Shown: in pieces, positions 54,730 to 64,000 of the stretch | How positions within the stretch are numbered: the stretch's first letter is position 1 | Layout of the letters: every line of letters begins with the position of its first letter | NCBI GenBank assembly: GCA_012295275.1 | Contig: CM022678.1 | Location: 17,050,001 to 17,114,000, forward strand | Source: Chrysomallon squamiferum | Taxonomy: Eukaryota; Animalia; Mollusca | DNA: 64,000 bases | Direction of reading: 5' to 3' | Program-made: the position numbers and the translations under genes | The notes under the pieces: model-generated | Seen by the model: only the letters and a program-made list of their open reading frames with translations | Told to the model about the DNA's origin: nothing | The model's database searches: none

Positions 54730-56270
54730 GTATCTCTCTCTACGTCTTTCTTCCTATAAGTCTTTATATATCTTTTTGTAACTATTTGTGTCTCTCTCTT
54801 TATATATCTCTCTAACTCTGTGTCTGTCTTTTTATCTATCTCTTTATCTTTCTCTTTATATCTCTAACTCTAACTCTTTCTCTCTTTCTCTCTCTCTGAC
54901 TCTGTCTGTCTGTGTCTCACTCTAATTTATCTCTTTTTTCTGATCTCACTCTATATTTCTCTCTCACTCTATATTTCTCTCTCACTCTGTCTCTCTCTTC
55001 TCTTTATCTCACTGTCTCTCCCTCTGTCCCGCTCCCTGTCTCTGTCTTTCTCTGTGTGTATCTGTATATATATTTAAATGTATGAGTTTTCTTTGTATAT
55101 GTTTGCATGTTTGTATGTGCGTATTCTAATATGTGTATGCGTGTCTGTTTACGTGTCTACCTGAGTCAATTCATGTATGCCTTTGTGTGACTGTTTGTGT
55201 GTTTGTGTGTGTGTGTGTGAGTGTGTGTGTGTGTGTGGGCAGACTTTACTTGTATTTACTTATGTATCAGTACATGTGCATTCGTACGTATATACAAAGG
55301 AAATATTTCCGTGTAGTACGATCTCTATTCTAAATATAGACACACGTCACTGTCAGTATGAAACAATGTCTATTTTTATTCCAAGACCTACAAGGAAACT
55401 GAAACTCTCGATTGGGGTAAAGAGACCACAAACAACAGGACATTGTACAATTGTTAGACAAATATAAGTATTTTTGCTTTCTTCTTTAAATATTTAACAT
55501 GTAAAGATTATGTATTACGTATAGAAGAACAGATACTGGGAACTGGAATAACTTTCTTGCTCACGAATTTACAAGAACGTTGAGATACCCGATTCATGCG
55601 GACGGAAGTTGAATTAAAAATGTCCTCGGTTATAATTCTGCTGTTTCTTTTAACTCAGACAGGTAAGTTTATTTGAATTCTTGAAAAATGTGTTTGAGTG
55701 TGCACGTGTGTTGTGCCTGAATTATGTTAAACACACTTCATTTGTATTGTGTTAAGAAGAACTTGACACGCAAATGAGAAAATTTGGACAGGAAAACACA
55801 GTCTCAAACACTTTTTTAGAATTCCTAAATCCTGCTTGAACTTCTATTAGTATATCACTACAAGATACAGTTTTAATCTATTGTTTAACACACTAATTAA
55901 TAGATGTAATGTTTACCCTCGCCTGCCTTTTAATTTTATTTACAACAATGAGTACACTATAAAAATACCTTGGAGCTGTTTCTTTTTCTGTAGCCGTGAC
56001 TTTATTACATATAGGATGTATCCTTTTTCTCTATAGCAGAGGTCGTTAACCTTGTCGTTAGTGCCCATGCGCAGTCGTTTGACTGATTACTGTGGTCGTT
56101 TTGTCTTTTTGTTTAGATCCTTTTCTAGGTTTCCTTGCAACGATCACCCATCGTTTGTGTAGCCTGAATCCGATTGATACAGGCATTTGTATTCTTCCAG
56201 TAGTGTGACAGAATGGAGGAAGTTTCCTGTTTCAGTACGACCTCTGCTTCTAAAGCGACAGCGATTTTCG
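54040..56270 (+). repeat. ~2.2-kb segmental duplicate of ~10665-12930 (upstream region, exon 1 and start of intron 1 of B)
   Basis: Near-identical sequence including the same CT and GT microsatellites at different lengths. Confidence 0.85.
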
Positions 56271-57709
56271 GCAGCGACTTGGAAGTGTACCAGTCTCAAA
56301 ACATTGACACGCATCCAAGTAGAATTTAAAGCATACAATAAAAATAATGTGTTGATTAATTCAAAATGTATATTTGTTAATTACAATGAACGTTGCGTTA
56401 AGAATAGTGATTCGCGATTCGTTAGTTAACAACTTAATGACAACAATTTGTGTAGTATTTGAAGAAGTCAGTTATGGAGATCAATTCAAGTTGTTTTTTT
56501 TTGTGCACATTCAATAATAATTTCGATTTTATTATCCACATAATCTGTAAACGTGGTCATTTGTACAATAATCCTTCCTAAATCCTACCTAAATGTGAAA
56601 TAGTATATCATTTCAAGATACAAATTTAATCTATTGTTTAAGAAAGTAGCAAAAATAAAGGTAATAGGTCTGTAATTTCCCCCTCCCCCGCCAATCTAAT
56701 TTTAATTAACAACAGTGAGCACAGTTTAAAAATATGTAGGCGATGTCTTTTTACCGGTATCCATGACCTCTTCTCGAGTAAAGGAAACATTTTCCAGCCT
56801 GACACGACTTCTATTCTAAATATAGACATCTGTCATTGTACACATATGAAAAAAAACATGTTTAATTTTAAATACGATCTGTTCTCCATAAGCTACAAAG
56901 AAACTGAAGCTATAGATAGTGGCCGAAGAAAGCATAAACGATATTCGTTCTAGTACTTTTTGGATAAGTTTAAGTTGTAGGTGATATTTTTTATTTTATT
57001 TTTTCGTTTAAACTATTTAACATTTTAAGATAGTGTGTTACGTATAGTAGAGCAGATACTGCAACTCCAATAACTTTCTCGTTCACGAATTTACAACTAC
57101 ACTGAGATATCCGATTCATGCGAAATGAAGTCGAGTTAAAAATGTCCTCGGCAATTACTGTATTATAGTTTGTTTTTGTTTTTGCTTTTTTATCGTGTGA
57201 CTGTGTGACAGACAGCAGCAGACAGAGAAATCTGGAATTTTAGTCCAAAAATATTTATTATTAAAATTAATTAGATTTAAGAATAATATACTTGTCTTAT
57301 ATGACAACGAGCTTTTATGAGTCGCAAAAGTTTAGTTTGGTCTCTCCACCAAACATTGCCGGATACACAGCGATAGTTAGGCGAACCTTTTCAACTCGGT
57401 TAGTTGGCAGCCTTATTTACTGTTATGTACATAGACAGCTTGGGTATGTTGATTGTTTAAGCTATTAGCGGTACAAATACCTGTGACATTTAAAAGGACG
57501 GGTTTTTGCTTTTTTTCATGTATCACTTTTGTAAATAAATTAAAAATTATCAAAAATATAATCAATTAAAATTAGATAAATAAATAAATAATAATAATAA
57601 TAATAACAACAACAATAATAATGAAAAAAAAAAAAAATTTAAAAAAAGGAAAATATTAAATAATTTGTTCTTTGTTACTAGTGTTCCTCCCTTCCTTGTG
57701 CATGTAAGG

Positions 57710-57776
<67 letters not shown>

Positions 57777-58773
57777 TGTATGTATGTATGCATATATGTA
57801 AACATTTATGATTCTATCTAAATTTATATGAATGTATGAATGTATTTATATACGTACGTATGAATCACAAAATGTACATTCGTATGTGCATACAAAAGAA
57901 ATATTCCCAACGTAGTATGATCTCTACTCTAAATGCAGACATGCGTCATTGTGAAATACGAGAAAATGTTTATTTTTAAATCTGACAATCTCCACCACCT
58001 ACAAGGAAACCGAAACTGCAAGTAGGACCAAAGCGACCATAAACGACAGAACATGCTGGTATCACTGGGAAAATATATGTATTTTTTGTTTCTTTTTTCT
58101 TCGTCTGAAGTATTTAGGATAGTGTATTACGTATAGAAGAATAGTTTCTGGAAACTCGATTAACTTTCTCGCTCACGAATTTACAAGAACATTGACATAC
58201 CCGATTCTCGCGGACGGAAGTTCAATTAAAAATGTCCCTGATTATAATTTTGCTGTTTGTTTTATCAGATGTATTTGAATCTCTGTGCTGCATTTGTCTC
58301 TGATGTCTGTATGTGCGTACGCGCGTGCGAATTTTTGGTATCTTAAATATGTAAGAAACTTACATGTTTAGGCCACATAAACTAACTTAATACTTTTATA
58401 TTGTGTTAAAAATAACGACACACTCTAATGAGAAAACTGAGAAAGGGAAACATAATATTCAGATAATTAAATTGTAAACTTGGTAGTTAAGTATAAATAA
58501 ATGAAATATAATTCTAAATCACAAACAATTTATAATATAGAAAAATATAATATTGTACACATAGACTCGACTCCGAAAAACACGTACTTCAGATTATTAA
58601 AAAACAGTTATCGGCCTCATCGGGATCTTTGGTATGAAAATAAATATAGCCGTAGAATTTATTTCCAGTGATTTGTGTTTCTAAATTAAATAATTTAAAT
58701 ATATATATTTTTTTACTTTTTCTTTTTCCTGTTATTTTTATATAATTTATTACATTGATTGTTTTTTGGAGGT

Positions 58774-58806
<33 letters not shown>

Positions 58807-59934
58807 TTAATAATAATAATAATAATAGTGATGATAACAATTACATACATATATACATATATATATATTGTTCATATAAGATAGGCGAAGGGCCTGTTTT
58901 GAAATATTTTTACTCATTTTTCAACGCCAGATTTATTTACTGCTTGATCTGCGATCTGAATAAAAACTGACTTTTCAACGCTTCATTTAATTTCAATTTG
59001 AGCAGCGATCTGAATAAAAACTGCACTAATGTAAAATGTTTAGTTGTGTCTTCGTGCTTACTACATGAACGTGATCTCGTATTGTAAACCAGAGAGATTG
59101 ATTTCAGTCAGAAGTGTCTGGGTAGTCGCCACCTCGTTGTGGATCACCTGTTTTGTTTCAAACTTTTAAGCTGATCGGGTTATTCTACAAGCATTCGTCC
59201 TACAAAGAGATTCAACCAAACTATTTTCATAAACATATTTTTAGAAAGAGCAATATTTAAAATATAGTCAAACACAGTGAAATTGAAGCTTAAAGCAACT
59301 ACGCGATAAACATTTGTAGGAGCCTCTAAACACTCACCCGCCTCCAAACATTCTCCCAGGTTATGTAGGTTTATATGTTTAAATATAATTTAAAGCTTAC
59401 AACAATAAAATTTAGTTGGTTTAAGCAAAATTTATTTTTGTTAATTGCAATCAAGGTCGTGTTAAACGTAGCAATTCGAGATTCGTTAACTATCAACTTA
59501 ATCACAATCAATTGTATAGAAAGTTAAGAAGTCAGTTATGGAGTTGAAATAAAAGCTTATAACTTTCTAAGAAATTTTAAATTTTTTTTTGCCCCACATG
59601 ATAATTTGCATTCTATAATCCACTTAATGTATACACGTTGCTATTTGTATCCTGCTTGAACTTCAAATAATAGATCAAATACAATTATTTAACACAATGG
59701 TAAAAATAAATGTAATATGATTATAATCCTCCCCCACCAATTAAATCTTAATTAATGACGAAACATCACAAGAAATAATTAGTCATAAGACGTCATCAGA
59801 TATAGGACGCATCGTTTTGCTGTAAACCTGCGGTTCATTAACTTTGGCACTAGAGTCGATCAGTGGGCTTTATTCTGACTATTTGGGGGGCTTTGCCGTC
59901 TTCGGTAGATCGCCCTAACCTATGTAAGGCGATT

Positions 59935-59971
<37 letters not shown>

Positions 59972-62484
59972 CTTTATATATATATATATCTGTCTTTCAT
60001 TTATTTAATAACAAATTTATAGATCTCAGAATTTTGGAAATTTTTAAAGAAGTTTTGTTGTGTTCCTCCTTAGTGTGAACCACGATTTGTTTGTCATGAT
60101 TTGTGTTACTAAATTAAATAATTTAAATATAATTAGTTTTTTAACTTGTTTTTCCTGTAATTTTTATATAATTTATAATTTTCATATCGTTTTTGTGATT
60201 TTTATTATTTTTATTTGTATTTCTTTTATAATAATAATAGCAACTATATATATATATATATATTGTATGTATAAGATATTCCAAAGTGCCTGTATTAGTA
60301 TCCCGTCATACTGGTTTGAAATATTTATACTGACTTTTCAACGCTTCATTTAATTTCAATTTGAGCAGCGATCTGAAGAAAAACTGCACTAATGTAAAAT
60401 GTTTAGTTGTGTCTTCGTGCTTACTACATGAACGTGATCTCGTATTGTAAACCAGAGAGATTGATTTCAGTCAGAACTGTGTTGGGTAGCCGCCAGCTCG
60501 TTATGGATCACCTGTTATGTTTCAAACTTTTAAGCTGATCGGGTTATTTTACAAGCATTCGTCGTACAAACAGATTCAACCAAACTGTTTTCATCAAAAT
60601 ATTTTTAGAAAGAGCAATATTATAAATATAGTAAAACACAGTGAAATTGACACCGCATGAAAATTTGCATTCTATTATCCACTTAATGTGTACACTTTGC
60701 TATTTGTATAATAATCCTTCCTAAATCCTGCTTGAACTTCAAATAATAGATCAAATACAATTATTTGACAGTGGTAAAAATACATGTAATAGGTTCATAA
60801 TCCTCCCCCTCCAATTTAATCTTAACTAATGACGAAACATCACAAGAAATAATTAGGCATAAGACGTCATCACATATAGGACGCATCGTTTTACTGTAAA
60901 CCAGAGGTCATTAACTTTGGCAATAGAGTCCATCAGTAGGCTATATTCTGACTATTTAGGGCGCTTTGCCGTTTTTGGTACATCGCAGAGGCCCTAAGCT
61001 ATGTAAAACTATTTTCTTTTTTCTTTCTTATTCTTTTCTTTTTTTTTCTTTATATTTATATATATCTGTCTTTCAATTATTTAATAGCAAATTTATAGAT
61101 CTGAAAATTTTCGAAAATCTTTTACAATTTTTATAGTGTTCCTCCTTAATGTGAACCACGATTTGTTGTTGTTTCAAATGTTCTCTCAAATTTTAAAAAA
61201 CAAGAACAAAAATGAAATTCGTAGAAATGTTTAAAAATCTAAAGTTAGAAAATACGACAAAAAGACGACTCTGTGCTCGGTAATTGCACATCTTTACATG
61301 AAATGTGGTGGAAATTCAAACAGCGGTCTTTACACTACACGTGACACGCCGCACTGACTGACGGACTGAATTTTTAATCATAAAACTTTGATGAATATTT
61401 ATTTAAAATTTTAATGAAATTGAAATAAATACTGTTTTAGTTTAATCCCTTAGCTGTTAAATTATGGAGAGTTCGATGGTCTTCCAACTGTTCACTGTTT
61501 GAAAGTGGGTGATAGGTGAAAAATAACAAATAAATAAATAAGTAAATAATAAAAAGATAAACACCTTTAAAAATAAGAACAGTAATAATAACAGTTACAG
61601 CAAAGCTAATAAATAAATAAAAAAAATATATATATATTTCTCACAACTTTATAAATAGATATAACATGCCTACATATATATTATATATGTATGTATATAT
61701 ATGTACTATATATAAATTATGTATAAATGTAAGTATGTACATAACCATATTTGTGTATGTGCATATAATTTGTCCTTTTGTACAAAAGTACAAATATTAT
61801 ATATGTATATTTATGTTTCTGTGCAAGTGTTTACAATATGGGTTTGTTTCAATGTGTATATTTGTGTGGATGTATATGTATGGATTTTGTTTCTATGTAT
61901 ACATTTTTCGTTATAAATATTTCGTTATTTTTAATATAATGTTTTATCAACTGGTTTAAATTCAGTTGAGAGTTTCACATGTAAAGACAACTCATGGTTC
62001 TGTTCCCCTGACAACTGCGGGCCGGAAGACGAAATGGACTGTATGAATACTTGTAACGTTTGTACAGGTAAAATTATCAGTGTTCCAGCATAGCATAGTC
62101 ATGAGGAGAAGGAGAGGTACACAGAATAGTTCATTTGTTAAGTAGCGATATACAGAACATTTGATATGTTAATGTATCACATTCATGTCAGATAGGACAG
62201 ATACCAGATAGAGACGGATATATTAGGAAGGATTTGTTTGCAGAATACAAGCATACTAGATACACTATTCAGAATTCGTGAACACGTTCTTTCGTCATAC
62301 GATAAACTGTTAAATTTTTAATCATTGAACTTTGATGTATAATTAATTAAACTTTTAATTAAATTGAAATAAATACTGTTGTAGTTTAATCCCTTAATTG
62401 TTAAATTATGGAGAGTTCGATGGGCGTCCAACAATTCACTGTTTGAAAGTGGGTGATACCTGAAATTCAACAACTATAACAAAA

Positions 62485-62521
<37 letters not shown>

Positions 62522-62736
62522 AAAATATAACACCTTTAAAAATAAGAACAGTGATAATAACAACAAAACTAATAAATAAATGTATAATTCTCACAACTTT
62601 ATAATTAGATATGCTATGCGTACTTATAGATTATATATGCATGTATGTATGTATTATATATAAATTATGTATAAATGTAAGTATGTATGTAAACATATTT
62701 GTGCATGTGCATACAATTTCTGCGTTTGTACACAAG

Positions 62737-62773
<37 letters not shown>

Positions 62774-64000
62774 ATATTTATGTTTCTCTGTAAGTGTTTT
62801 CAATATGTGTTTGTTCGAATGTGTATATTTGTGTGGATGTATATATATGGATGTCTGTTTGTATGTATAATTTTTCATAATAAATAGTACTTGATATAAT
62901 GTTTTGTCAACTTGTTTAGATTCAGTTAAGAGTTTCAAATGTAAAGACAACTCGTGGTTCTGTTCTCCTGACAACTGCGGGCCGGAAGACGAAATGGACT
63001 GTATGAAGACTTGCAGAGTTTGTACAGGTAAAGTTATCAGTGTTCCAGCATAACATAGTCATGAGGAGAAGGATAGATACACAGACTAGTTCATGTGTTA
63101 AGTAACGATATGCAGAATATTTGGTATGTTAATGTATCATATACATGTCAGATAGGACATAGACTAGCTAGAGACGGATATATTAGGAAGGATATGTATG
63201 CAGAATACAAGCATACTAGATACACTATTCAGAATTCCATAACAGTAAACAGATTTCAGCAGAGATACAGAGGATACACAACAACACACATAGGAAAGTT
63301 ATATATTAGGCAGGTCGTATACACAGGTTACCAGCTATGTTAAGATAGGCTACACAGACATGGTACTTTGTATACAGTATGAAACATATATTAGGTGGAA
63401 TAGCTATATTGAATATAATGATTGGGCAGGTTATTTTTATTTTTAACACGCGGTTTCATGAATACAAAAGCGAGCGTACACATACAAGAAGGACAACCAC
63501 ATATAACACTGTCACAAAATCATAAACATTTTTCATTTATTTTAATAAATATAACGATTGTTCTTGTTCCATACATACATTCACAGGCACACTATTTTAC
63601 TTTCAGTAAGTTGATATAACTAATTTCATTTACACGTTCTCAGAAACCTCGCATCTACTCTGTCTGTTTCTCTCTTAATTTCTGTAAATGTGATAAGCTT
63701 CCACACAAAACAAACCCTCTAACTTTCAGTAGATTATTCAGAGTAATTATACTTTTAGATGAGGGATGTCCTGAAGGTTATTACCATGGTGATGGCGACA
63801 CGTGTATTTCCTGTTCTGTCGAAATCACAAAACATTCACCAAATTACAAAGAAAAATGTAATACACTAATTTGTCCCAGTAACAAAACGCATGGTTATTA
63901 CTGTGATGAGAACTGTAGTGACAGTTGCTTGGATAGAAGATGTTACCGCTGGACGGGTGATTGTGAACGTTGTCCTTCTGGATTATCTGGACCACGTTGT
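55620..64000 (+). CDS. Paralogue E (5' part): signal peptide, two tandem ShK exons, start of EGF exon; continues beyond window
   Basis: Exons 55620-55662 (MSSVIILLFLLTQT), 61966-62067, 62926-63027, 63759->64000; no lesions seen in these exons. Confidence 0.8.
57142..57195 (+). pseudogene. Degenerate exon-1 copy (stop)
   Basis: ATGTCCTCGGCAATTACTGTATTATAG behind the conserved module. Confidence 0.55.
58232..58270 (+). pseudogene. Exon-1 copy with splice donor deleted
   Basis: MSLIIILLFVLS then deletion of CAG|GTAAG. Confidence 0.6.
61966..62067 (+). CDS. E: ShK exon a
   Basis: CKDNSWFCSPDNCGPEDEMDCMNTCNVC. Confidence 0.8.
62926..63027 (+). CDS. E: ShK exon b
   Basis: CKDNSWFCSPDNCGPEDEMDCMKTCRVC. 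Confidence 0.8.
63759..64000 (+). CDS. E: EGF-like repeat exon (partial)
   Basis: DEGCPEGYYHGDGDTCISC...CPSGLSGPRC, open to the window end. Confidence 0.85.

Overview
Eukaryotic, very AT-rich, microsatellite-dense genomic DNA; an invertebrate animal such as a cephalopod mollusc is plausible, but that is inference only. Almost the whole window is a tandem/inverted cluster of at least six paralogues of one multi-exon receptor gene. Its architecture is signal peptide, ShK-toxin-like domain, one ~1.1 kb exon of EGF/laminin-EGF-like repeats, transmembrane helix, basic then acidic Tyr-containing juxtamembrane region, and a single protein tyrosine phosphatase (PTP) domain. Order: Z (-, only exon 1 in window), A (-, pseudogene, PTP deleted), B (+, frameshifts in EGF exon, HCSDGVGR P-loop), C (+, complete except one -1 in a T-run, HCSAGVGR), D/D' (+, internally deleted, duplicated PTP halves with stops), E (+, two tandem ShK exons, runs off the right edge). 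The ectodomain tips diverge faster than adjacent introns, and the promoter/exon-1 module occurs about 11 times. Other content: a decayed KRBA2-like (Ginger-type) integrase transposon, two Tigger remnants, a ~39-bp minisatellite and many microsatellites. Most ORFs in the supplied track are microsatellite artefacts. All exon coordinates were read by eye.
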